A stretch of DNA of 64,000 nucleotides from Bacteroidales bacterium (GCA_050287785.1 JBNKCO010000060.1:108482-172481); one strand, 5' to 3'; positions 51,832-60,627 are shown, numbered from the stretch's first letter. Translations and numbers: made by a program. The notes: generated from the letters alone by a model not told the origin.

Positions 51832-52650
51832 ATGAAACGAATGTACATTTTCCTGTCAATCCTAATGATGAGTACTAGTCTAATCAAGGCACAGGAAGTA
51901 AAATCAAATTCCTTTGGAATAAACCTGGGAATGGGAAACCTGAAAAAGCAGGATCTTATTTTTAGTCCTTTTATAATAAGGGACTGGTCTCCATTGAATA
52001 TTCTCCTGGATTATGAACATACCGGGAAAGTTGATCAAAAAGTAAGCCTACGCTTTGGACAATCTTCCTATTATGTGGGTGAACCCTATTCCTATTTTCA
52101 CAGGGGTGAAAAGACCGAGAAATGGCCGCACAGCACCAGTAACATCGATCTGAATTATTCGCTAACAAAAAGCATTCTGCAGAACAATAATTGGAAGTTA
52201 TCCGCAGGAGGAAGATACAGGAACCGCTTTCAGCTTACAAACTATGATTTTGGAAATGCCGGACAATTTTCTTATAATCTTTCCTATGGCTTAGATGCCT
52301 TACTAAATATTGAATATAAGTCGGGCAAACATAGCTTTGATTCAGAATTTGCTCTTCCGATTTTCTCTGCCCTGGCAAGGTCTCCCTATACTAGTCAGGA
52401 CGACGCATACATGGAGCGGATAATGGTACATGGAGATTTGAAAATTTTTGTTGAACATTTGAAATCTGCTACTTACGAATCATGGGGTAAATCTCAAATG
52501 GTAGATTTTGATGTAAGCTATAAATACGCACTCAGCGAAAAATGGGATATAGGAATGACTTACCTATTTGTAATGAATCTTCACAATACTCCAGTTCAAT
52601 ATACAAGTATCGAAAATGTAATTTATTTAGGAACAACTATTAAATTTTAA
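51832..52650 (+). CDS. Putative outer-membrane beta-barrel protein (unknown family)
   Basis: 272 aa with a signal peptide (..LIKAQE), an alternating beta-strand pattern and a C-terminal aromatic residue (TTIKF). Confidence 0.6.
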   Translation: MKRMYIFLSILMMSTSLIKAQEVKSNSFGINLGMGNLKKQDLIFSPFIIRDWSPLNILLDYEHTGKVDQKVSLRFGQSSYYVGEPYSYFHRGEKTEKWPHSTSNIDLNYSLTKSILQNNNWKLSAGGRYRNRFQLTNYDFGNAGQFSYNLSYGLDALLNIEYKSGKHSFDSEFALPIFSALARSPYTSQDDAYMERIMVHGDLKIFVEHLKSATYESWGKSQMVDFDVSYKYALSEKWDIGMTYLFVMNLHNTPVQYTSIENVIYLGTTIKF

Positions 52651-52654
52651 AACG

Positions 52655-53677
52655 ATGAAAACATTATATATAATAATAAGCTTATCCATAGTAATGATGC
52701 TTACAAGCTGCGAAAAAACATATTTCGAAGCTGAACCAGAGAATAATCCTGAAGCACTGTTTGAAAACTTTTGGAACACATTTAACGACGACTATGCAAG
52801 TTTCCAAGTAAAAGGAATTAACTGGCAGCAAGTGTATAACGAATACAGACCTCAGGTAAGTTCTGAAACCACCGATGAAGAACTTACCGAGATATTATAT
52901 CAGTTAATCAGAGTATTAGATGATGGTCATGTCTCTCTGACCGTTCCAGGAAAAGAAATTTACTATTCGAACAGGATTTATGGTGAAGAGATTGGTAGTG
53001 AACTTTTCGATCTTGAACTGATAAAAACCAAGTACATGAATAACGAATATACGGAGAGTGGACATACCTTTAATAACTATGGTTGGATAGGGAATATGGG
53101 CTACCTCCATATTGAGGCATTTGCTGATAATATATTGGAAATGAATGATATACTAGACTATTTTAAATCAGCAGAAGGCTTAGTTTTCGACCTTAGAGCC
53201 AATATTGGTGGAGACTTCACCTATGCAATGACAGAGTTTACCAGGCTAACTAATGAGGAACGACTCATTTTCAGTTCACGCACCAAAACAGGCAAGGGTG
53301 TTGAGGATTACACCGATTGGTATGACTGGAAACTAAAGCCTGCTGGACCGTACTTTGATAAACCCATTGTACTGCTAACAGATCGCCTTACGATAAGTGC
53401 CGGTGAACGGGCCACAATGATTCTGAAAGCATTGCCTAATGTTACCCACATGGGAGATACAACCAACGGTGCTGCTGCTACTAAAATTGGTAAAGAACTG
53501 GCCAACGGATGGGATTATTCACTCGTTTCACAACAACTTAAATTTCGTGACGGGATTGACTATGAAGGCACGGGATTGCCACCTGATATCTATATAAAAA
53601 ATACAGAAGAAGAGATTGCGAATGGTCAGGATAAAGTACTAGAGGCTGCACTGGACATATTAACGCAAAATCCTTAA
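52655..53677 (+). CDS. S41-family serine peptidase lipoprotein
   Basis: 340 aa with a lipobox (MLTSC). The segments DLRANIGG and LTDRLTISAGERATMILK are typical of the S41 (tail-specific/IRBP-like) catalytic core. Confidence 0.8.
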   Translation: MKTLYIIISLSIVMMLTSCEKTYFEAEPENNPEALFENFWNTFNDDYASFQVKGINWQQVYNEYRPQVSSETTDEELTEILYQLIRVLDDGHVSLTVPGKEIYYSNRIYGEEIGSELFDLELIKTKYMNNEYTESGHTFNNYGWIGNMGYLHIEAFADNILEMNDILDYFKSAEGLVFDLRANIGGDFTYAMTEFTRLTNEERLIFSSRTKTGKGVEDYTDWYDWKLKPAGPYFDKPIVLLTDRLTISAGERATMILKALPNVTHMGDTTNGAAATKIGKELANGWDYSLVSQQLKFRDGIDYEGTGLPPDIYIKNTEEEIANGQDKVLEAALDILTQNP

Positions 53678-53717
53678 GAATATTAATTCAATTTTCACAT
53701 CAAATAAATAATTTACG

Positions 53718-54272
53718 ATGAAAAAATACATATTAATAATAATAGCAATAGTCGGATTTGCAGCCGTAACCAATGCCCAAACGCACCTCAAGGCAGGTCT
53801 TGGCTATTATGGAGAATCAATCGTAAACCCAGGCGTAGTCCTGGAGTTTGAATACGAAAAAATGCAAAGTGAAGATTTTTCACTTCCCTTAAGGGTGGAT
53901 ATAGGTTTTCATTCCACTTCGGATTTTAATGCCATGACCTTTGATGTTAACAAAGGATTTCGGAAATTTTTTAACTCAGGACTTTTCCTGGAGCAATCTT
54001 TGGGTCTAGGAATCATTTCAAAAAAATATAAAACTGAGGGTATCTGGTATAACGATAAATACTCTGTATACGTTAGTCATAGCCATCAAATGGTCAGTGG
54101 AATTATGCCCTCAGTGACTGTTGGTGCCGGTTATCGTTTTTCTAAGAACAATACTGGAAGCAGTCTTATCTGGATTAGGCCCAAGGTCTATTGGGATTTA
54201 GGATTCCGTGGCTTGCACCTTCCCTACTATGCAATGCAAATTGGCTATACATACACTTTAAAAACAAAATAA
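53718..54272 (+). CDS. Small putative outer-membrane barrel protein, paralogue 1
   Basis: 184 aa with a signal peptide (..VTNAQ) and a beta-rich sequence. It is alignable along its whole length with the 55318 ORF (shared GLGYYG/GAGYFG, SLP.RV..GF, GLF.EQS.G.GI, PSVT.G.GY and LIWIRPK motifs). Confidence 0.6.
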   Translation: MKKYILIIIAIVGFAAVTNAQTHLKAGLGYYGESIVNPGVVLEFEYEKMQSEDFSLPLRVDIGFHSTSDFNAMTFDVNKGFRKFFNSGLFLEQSLGLGIISKKYKTEGIWYNDKYSVYVSHSHQMVSGIMPSVTVGAGYRFSKNNTGSSLIWIRPKVYWDLGFRGLHLPYYAMQIGYTYTLKTK

Positions 54273-54274
54273 TC

Positions 54275-55312
54275 ATGAAAAGAATATATATAATTTTAGT
54301 CGCAACCTTACTAGTGGTATCGGCTTGCGAAAAATCTGAATTTTTAACAGAAGGTGACTTTTTTCATCTTTAGTATAAAGATGCAAACCTACCCGTTTGG
54401 GTGCAAGGGAATTTTGATTCCGAAATAATGATTGTAACTGTTCATGGCGGGCCGGGAGATTCCGGAATGGAACAGCACATTGCCGAGGGATTTAAATTTT
54501 TAGAAAAAGATTATTTAATGGTCTACTGGGATCAGCGATATTCAGGAATGACTCAAGGGCATTACGATAAGGAAACACATACGCCCGATCAAATGATTGA
54601 GGATACTGAAAAGATTGTTGAACTAATAAAAAGTAAATACCCCGGCAAAAAACTTTTCATGTTAGGACATAGTTGGGGAGGGCAACTATCTGCCGGATAT
54701 CTTGGCAGGGATAATCACGCCAATGATTTTAAAGGATGGATAGATCTGGACGGTTCAATATATGGAGATTTGGAATCGCAAATGATGAAAGAATGGATTC
54801 TGGAGCGCGTTCCGGCAGAAATGGCAAAACCCGATGCTGATATTGAATACTGGCAATATATTATTGATTTCTATGAGGAAAATCCTTTGCCAGGAAACTA
54901 TTCAGTGGGTACGCCTTATCTTTATGTTTCATCGTTAAAGGGTGATGCTTACAATTGGGATATTGTGGCGCAACGTAATCCAACTCCGTATAAGCAACTT
55001 ATTTTTAAATCCATGTTTGCCATGTCCTTTTATGTGGATGCATTCTACGATGAAGAGACCATGAAACTATGGGATGATATAAATTATACGCCTGAACTTA
55101 ATAATATAACAATTCCTGCTCTTATGCTTTGGGGAGCCGATGACGGAATAGTTCCAGCAGGTGTTGCAGATTATGTGTATGAACAATTAGCAACAGACCA
55201 ATCAATGAAAGAAGTAGTAAAGATTCCTGAATGCGCACATGGTCCGCAACACGAAAATCCTGAACGGTTTTACGATGAAATTAGTCGCTTTGTAGAAACA
55301 TATAAAAATTAG
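54275..55312 (+). pseudogene. S33-type alpha/beta hydrolase (proline iminopeptidase-like) lipoprotein gene interrupted by one in-frame TAG
   Basis: The ATG at 54275 gives the lipoprotein signal MKRIYIILVATLLVVSAC. The same frame hits TAG at 54371-54373, then continues YKDANLPVWVQGNF..VHGGPGDSG..LGHSWGG to 55312. The track shows this as two ORFs in the same frame (54191..54373 and 54401..55312). Confidence 0.75.
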
Positions 55313-55317
55313 TAATC

Positions 55318-55875
55318 ATGAAAAATATAGTACTTATTATCATAGTAATTTTCGTCTTTGGCATAAAGATGAACGCACAGACAAATATAAATTTAGGAGC
55401 CGGTTATTTCGGTCATACCATAAGTTATCCGGGATTTGTAGTAGAAGGCGAGTTGGAAAAAATATATTCAGAAAAAGCCTCGCTCCCCATTCGTGTAAGC
55501 CTCGGATTCTATAATCACCAGCGTTATCATACAGGTTTGTTTACCGATGTAAGTACCGGTTACAGAAAATATCTAAAATCAGGTCTGTTTTTTGAGCAAA
55601 GCGTTGGAATCGGCATCTTACAGCCCTTTCTAAATTCTGATGATGTTTTTGTTGTTGATGAAAATAACGATATCTCTGAAGGGAAAAGACGCATGCCTTT
55701 AGACTTCACTCCCTCTGTAACAATTGGTGTGGGCTATAATCTTAGTCGGGATTCAGAACAACAAAACCTGATTTGGATAAGGCCGAAAATATTTTGGCAA
55801 CTTCCTCATAAAACATTGGCTACCTACAATTTTGCGCTTCAAATTGGGTTCACACATACTATTCGTTCAAAATAA
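55318..55875 (+). CDS. Small putative outer-membrane barrel protein, paralogue 2
   Basis: 185 aa with a signal peptide (..KMNAQ). It is a paralogue of the ORF at 53718..54272. Confidence 0.6.
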   Translation: MKNIVLIIIVIFVFGIKMNAQTNINLGAGYFGHTISYPGFVVEGELEKIYSEKASLPIRVSLGFYNHQRYHTGLFTDVSTGYRKYLKSGLFFEQSVGIGILQPFLNSDDVFVVDENNDISEGKRRMPLDFTPSVTIGVGYNLSRDSEQQNLIWIRPKIFWQLPHKTLATYNFALQIGFTHTIRSK

Positions 55876-55905
55876 TTTAATCGTAATTAATAAATACTTA
55901 TAATC

Positions 55906-56514
55906 ATGAAAAATATTAAATTACCATTCGTCGCAATACTAATCGCAAGCGTATTACTTTCAAGTTGCTCTGACAATTATGACCGCATTTCAGGTGAAGG
56001 CCCTATTGTATCAAAAACTCTTCAGATCAATCCCTTCACCAAAATTAGCATGCAGGGAGTTGATGATGTTTACATCACATACGGAACAGAGCAATCCGTT
56101 AGGGTAGAGGGACAAGCAAATATCATTTCAAGAATCAAAACCAGAGTAGTTAACGGCACTTGGTATATTGAATTAGAGGATGGCAATTACCGTGATTATG
56201 ACTTGACATACTATCTGCAAGTTCCAGTTATTGAAGGTGTTCAAAGCGATGGTACTGGAGATGTAATCATATCAGATCCATTGCAGGCGGATGATATTTC
56301 CATCAGGTTGGTTGGTACAGGTAGTTTCTTAGGATTCCTTTTATCAGCTGATGAATGCAACATTGATATCATCGGTGCCGGTATTTGTGAAATAACAGTA
56401 AACAATGCCTTAGATGTAAAAATTGAAGGAACAGGAAGTGTCTATTACAAAGGATCTCCACAGGTTAACACAGATATTGAAGGAACAGGTAAAGTAACTT
56501 CTGTAAAGGATTAA
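55906..56514 (+). CDS. DUF2807 / GIN-domain (adhesin-head-like) lipoprotein
   Basis: 202 aa with a lipobox (LLSSC). The repeated G(T/A)G(D/S)V/I beta-helix-like units are typical of DUF2807. Confidence 0.65.
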   Translation: MKNIKLPFVAILIASVLLSSCSDNYDRISGEGPIVSKTLQINPFTKISMQGVDDVYITYGTEQSVRVEGQANIISRIKTRVVNGTWYIELEDGNYRDYDLTYYLQVPVIEGVQSDGTGDVIISDPLQADDISIRLVGTGSFLGFLLSADECNIDIIGAGICEITVNNALDVKIEGTGSVYYKGSPQVNTDIEGTGKVTSVKD

Positions 56515-56663
56515 GATCTTATAATACAGTTATGTATTGTCTTCTTTATGTCTTTTTTGTGCAATAGCTATTACACGAAAAAGCATAAAGACAGGGACGA
56601 TTATTCAATGTAAAACGAAGACAGAGGTTCTTTAACCCAACTCGCCTTCTTCTTTAATTTTTC

Positions 56664-56698
56664 TTTACCCGAAAATCAATCTTGTTTTAGGATTGAAA
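56664..56698 (+). promoter_or_regulatory. Conserved intergenic motif, copy B
   Basis: TTTACCCGAAAATCAATCTTGTTTTAGGATTGAAA ends 26 nt before the 56724 ATG. Confidence 0.5.
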
Positions 56699-56723
56699 AA
56701 TATTTATTCAAAAGACTAAAAAT

Positions 56724-59210
56724 ATGAAAACAGAGAAAACAATCAGACCTACTGAAAACACTTTCAGAAAAACAGGAACACATTTTTTCAAATTGTTTCT
56801 ACTGTCTTCGCTCTTAGCAATTTTTTCTACCAATACAATGAGAGCTGAGAATACGGAGATCCAAAAAGGAAGCATTGCCGGGAAAATAACAGATAAGGCT
56901 TCGAATACGGCATTGCAATATGCTACAGTAGCCTTATACTCTTCCGATGATTCATCTCTTATAGATGGAACCATTACAGATGAGGAAGGCCTTTTCAGCC
57001 TTGAAAATATTCCTTCCGGCAATTATTATCTGGTGGCGGAATACCTTGGGTATGAAAGGCAGGTCCGGGATGATATACAGATCAGTGACGATCAATATTA
57101 CGTTGAAATCAATGATATTCAACTGACAGAAGGAAGTACAGATTTGGATGAACTTACTGTTGTTGGGCAAAGAAGGACCCAGATAATTAAGGCAGACAGA
57201 AAGGTTATAAACGTAGATAAGAATCTATCAGCACAGGGAGGAACAGCTATCGATGCGCTGAAAATATCTCCTTCAATTACAGTTAACCAAGATGGTGATG
57301 TATTACTCAGAGGAAGCTCAAGTTTTAAAGTACTTGTTGATGGTAAGCCAACAGCTTTAAAACCCAATGAGGTGCTCAAGCAAATGCCTGCGGGCCGAAT
57401 TGAGAGCATTGAGATTATTACCAACCCATCGGCCAAATACGATGCCGAAGGAACCGCAGGAATAATAAACATTATTACAAAAAAAGGATTGGGTGCCGGA
57501 CTTAATGGCCTTATCAATGCATCGGCCGGAACAGGTGACAAGTACAATGCCGACTTGAATGTGAATTATACCAACGACAAATTAAATGTTACCCTTGGTG
57601 CAAAATGGAAAGACGAGAATCAGTTCTATAATATGGATGAGTTGATACAAACAACTTTAGATGGCAAGAAACGAACCAATGACATCCTTTTCTACCGGAA
57701 TCAAGGCAATAATGATTTGGGTGCTAACATTACCCTTGATTATAATTTCAACGCAAAAAACACTATTTCTTATTCAGCGGATGCCGGTTATACTCATTTT
57801 TATGTTGACGCAAATTTTAAATACGATGAAACTATTGAAAGTCAAGCTGGACATAACTACGTTTATGAAGATTTAAGTACGGCTATTTTGGCTGACTATT
57901 TTACCAATAACTTGTCGCATACCTATAATTTTAATGAAAGCAGTTCTTGGACAAATTCCATTTTCTATTCGAAGATAAATTATTTATTTGATGTTGAGCA
58001 AGACAGGTATAACACAGGTTCTGATTTCAATAACAGTGGAGTTACACCATACTATTCCATGCAATTTGAAAATAGCAATTTTAGTGAAGAGATTCGGGCT
58101 AAATCGGATTACACGAAATCATTTGAAAACGGAACAAAATTAGAGTTAGGTGGTCAGTATCACAATTATCACAGATATTTGGACCTGCAAGCAGAAAATT
58201 TCAACTACAATGCGAATAACTGGGAAGTTGACACCGTATTTACTAATGAATTTGATTTTAATGAACGTATTTATTCGTCATATGCGAATCTAAGTGGAGA
58301 AAAGTTAGGCATTACCTACAGTGTTGGGTTGCGACTTGAATACAATAACCGCTTGATTGAAAGCTTTACCATTAATGAAAAATATGAATACCAAAAACTA
58401 AATTATTTCCCAACACTTTCCTTATCAAAAGAACTTGGAGAAACGAAGCAACTTGCCTTTAATTATTCACGACGCATTGATCGACCTGACGAATATTTCC
58501 TTAATCCTTTTCCAGATGTAAGCAATGAATTTCAAGAAGCATATGGGAATCCACTCTTGCGTCCAAATTTAACTGACTCTTATGAACTAGGTTTCCAAAA
58601 GCACTTTACAAAAGGTATGTTTAGCTCCCAGACATTTATGCGCAACACAAATGATGCTTATACACAGGTTATCGGGAGCAATGAGGACGGTATTATGATA
58701 CTAACTTTCGACAATATATCGGATGATAAGGAATTTGGTGTTGAAAATATGGTAAACCTGCAAGCCCTTAAGTGGTGGAGCTTAAATTCCAGTCTCACTG
58801 TTATGGGACAAAATTCAAAAGGAATTATGAATGACGAAGCTTATGACAGAAGTGCAATTACTTTCAACACTCGATTAATCAACTCATTTACATTAGGTAA
58901 AAACACAAGCGCCCAAGTAATGGCATTCTATTTCCATGATCAATTAGGAAATTCAATTGGAAATGTAGAACGTTTTTACTGGTTTGATGCTTCAGTAGAG
59001 CACAATTTCTTCAATGAGCATTTATCGGTAGGATTAACTGTAAAAGACATTTTCAATACCAACCAACTAAAATTTGATATAAATAGAAGTGATTATCGCT
59101 TTTATGTTCATCAGAAACCAGAATACCCAACAATACTGCTTAATGTAAGTTATAAGTTCAATAATTACAAAAACAATAGTAACACTGTAAAAACAAACCT
59201 AAAGATATAA
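56724..59210 (+). CDS. TonB-dependent receptor-like outer-membrane barrel (CarboxypepD_reg + OMP_b-brl_3 type)
   Basis: 828 aa with a signal peptide, the CarboxypepD_reg segment GSIAGKITDKASNTALQYATVALY, the plug-like GGTAIDALKISPSITVNQDGDVLLRGSS and a long barrel. Confidence 0.85.
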   Translation: MKTEKTIRPTENTFRKTGTHFFKLFLLSSLLAIFSTNTMRAENTEIQKGSIAGKITDKASNTALQYATVALYSSDDSSLIDGTITDEEGLFSLENIPSGNYYLVAEYLGYERQVRDDIQISDDQYYVEINDIQLTEGSTDLDELTVVGQRRTQIIKADRKVINVDKNLSAQGGTAIDALKISPSITVNQDGDVLLRGSSSFKVLVDGKPTALKPNEVLKQMPAGRIESIEIITNPSAKYDAEGTAGIINIITKKGLGAGLNGLINASAGTGDKYNADLNVNYTNDKLNVTLGAKWKDENQFYNMDELIQTTLDGKKRTNDILFYRNQGNNDLGANITLDYNFNAKNTISYSADAGYTHFYVDANFKYDETIESQAGHNYVYEDLSTAILADYFTNNLSHTYNFNESSSWTNSIFYSKINYLFDVEQDRYNTGSDFNNSGVTPYYSMQFENSNFSEEIRAKSDYTKSFENGTKLELGGQYHNYHRYLDLQAENFNYNANNWEVDTVFTNEFDFNERIYSSYANLSGEKLGITYSVGLRLEYNNRLIESFTINEKYEYQKLNYFPTLSLSKELGETKQLAFNYSRRIDRPDEYFLNPFPDVSNEFQEAYGNPLLRPNLTDSYELGFQKHFTKGMFSSQTFMRNTNDAYTQVIGSNEDGIMILTFDNISDDKEFGVENMVNLQALKWWSLNSSLTVMGQNSKGIMNDEAYDRSAITFNTRLINSFTLGKNTSAQVMAFYFHDQLGNSIGNVERFYWFDASVEHNFFNEHLSVGLTVKDIFNTNQLKFDINRSDYRFYVHQKPEYPTILLNVSYKFNNYKNNSNTVKTNLKI

Positions 59211-59231
59211 CATAATATAGAGCACAATTTC

Positions 59232-59268
59232 TTCACCCGAAAATCAATCTTGTTGTTTTAGTATTGAA
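59232..59268 (+). promoter_or_regulatory. Conserved intergenic motif, copy C
   Basis: TTCACCCGAAAATCAATCTTGTTGTTTTAGTATTGAA starts 22 nt after the 56724 gene stop. It runs into the TTG start used by the ORF track for the next gene. Confidence 0.5.
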
Positions 59269-59272
59269 GAAG

Positions 59273-60493
59273 ATGAAAAAAACTAAAATTATGAAAAAAG
59301 CAATTTTATACATAATAATTCTAAGCGGCTTATCTCTGAATATATATGCTCAGAATAACGAAGATTCGACATTTCACAGGCATTATGAAATTGGAATAGC
59401 CCCTTTCCATGATCTTAATAATGTATCAAGAAATGGTTTAACAACATATAAGCTCATACAGGATGCTTATTCATATGGAATTCGGCCCAAATTGCCTGAG
59501 AAGTTAGGGGATATTTTGGGTGGAGTATGGTCATTTTCATTTTCGTATTTAGCCATGATCTGGCCTCATGAATTTGGTCATTCAATGAGAGCCCATCAGG
59601 TAGGCGGGCATTTTAATATAAACGATATAGCTCTTCCCATACCAGGCACAACGATGACGCTACCGGATGACATTTCATTTCTGAACCGGGCGCTTTCTGT
59701 TACAGGTGGATTCGAGATAAACTACCTGACTTCCAGACGCATTCAGGATGATTTTTATGAGTACAATGGGCTTTATAATGATGAATTGGGAATGGCTTTC
59801 ATACATAAAATGATGTATCCGATCTATGTCTCACTTGTAATACCTCAGGACCCTAAGGAACGGGATACCTGGGATTTGGAAGGCGGAGATCCTGTGAATA
59901 TTATCAAGCCTGTATGGCAAAACTATTCAAACGATGAAATTTTTCTTAGCGATGGATCTGTAAATCCCGGACTAGTTGATTTTTATAACCAATCCGCCTT
60001 ATTTGCAACTTTTTTCAACTTGCTCGACCCTGCTTTTTACAAGCAAGCATCTGCCGCGTTCGGAAAAGTTAATGAAGGGAAAAGACCAAGGTACCTTATC
60101 GGAAATAATCAAAATGGGTGGTCGTATGGAACCATGTTTAATACGTCAATATTAGGCTACGAAGTTTTCCTGAATAACTACTTTAAATTAAATAGTCGCT
60201 TGTATACGGTCAGACTAAAAACCGGAAGACCTTACAAAAACAATTCGATTACTATTTCTTCTCCTAATTTTTATAAAACTTCAACTATTAAACTTGGTGC
60301 TTTATTGGAAGTTTGGGATCAGGATATTTTTGGAAAAGGTTTTATGATTCAATCAGATATAAGTTACTCCATGAACAAAAAAATTGATTTTAATCTTCAA
60401 TTAGGATATAAAACTAAAGGGTATACAATTGGCAGATCAGTTCAGGATAACTTTATCGGTTGGGTAGGATTGAAATACAATATAAATAATTAA
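59273..60493 (+). CDS. Secreted HExxH protein (M50B-like zinc-peptidase motif) with beta-rich C-terminal half
   Basis: The motif is WPHEFGHSMRAHQVGGHF. The signal peptide is ..MKKAILYIIILSGLSLNIYAQ. The track start at 59264 is TTG. ATG candidates are at 59273 and 59291, so the start is uncertain. Confidence 0.65.
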   Translation: MKKTKIMKKAILYIIILSGLSLNIYAQNNEDSTFHRHYEIGIAPFHDLNNVSRNGLTTYKLIQDAYSYGIRPKLPEKLGDILGGVWSFSFSYLAMIWPHEFGHSMRAHQVGGHFNINDIALPIPGTTMTLPDDISFLNRALSVTGGFEINYLTSRRIQDDFYEYNGLYNDELGMAFIHKMMYPIYVSLVIPQDPKERDTWDLEGGDPVNIIKPVWQNYSNDEIFLSDGSVNPGLVDFYNQSALFATFFNLLDPAFYKQASAAFGKVNEGKRPRYLIGNNQNGWSYGTMFNTSILGYEVFLNNYFKLNSRLYTVRLKTGRPYKNNSITISSPNFYKTSTIKLGALLEVWDQDIFGKGFMIQSDISYSMNKKIDFNLQLGYKTKGYTIGRSVQDNFIGWVGLKYNINN

Positions 60494-60627
60494 AGTTTGA
60501 ATACTATGCATTATTGCGTCAAATAAATTCAACGTTTCCGGTAATTAATTAAGAGAAGTATATGTTAAATATTAAGATGTTAAAGCCTGTGGTTACAAAA
60601 ATTCGTCTTCGAACAAAGTGAGAATAG

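Noticed and set aside
56708-57022. 104-aa minus-strand ORF overlapping the start of the 56724 TonB-type gene
   Set aside because: It is antisense to a strongly supported 828-aa CDS and to motif copy B. It has no independent support.
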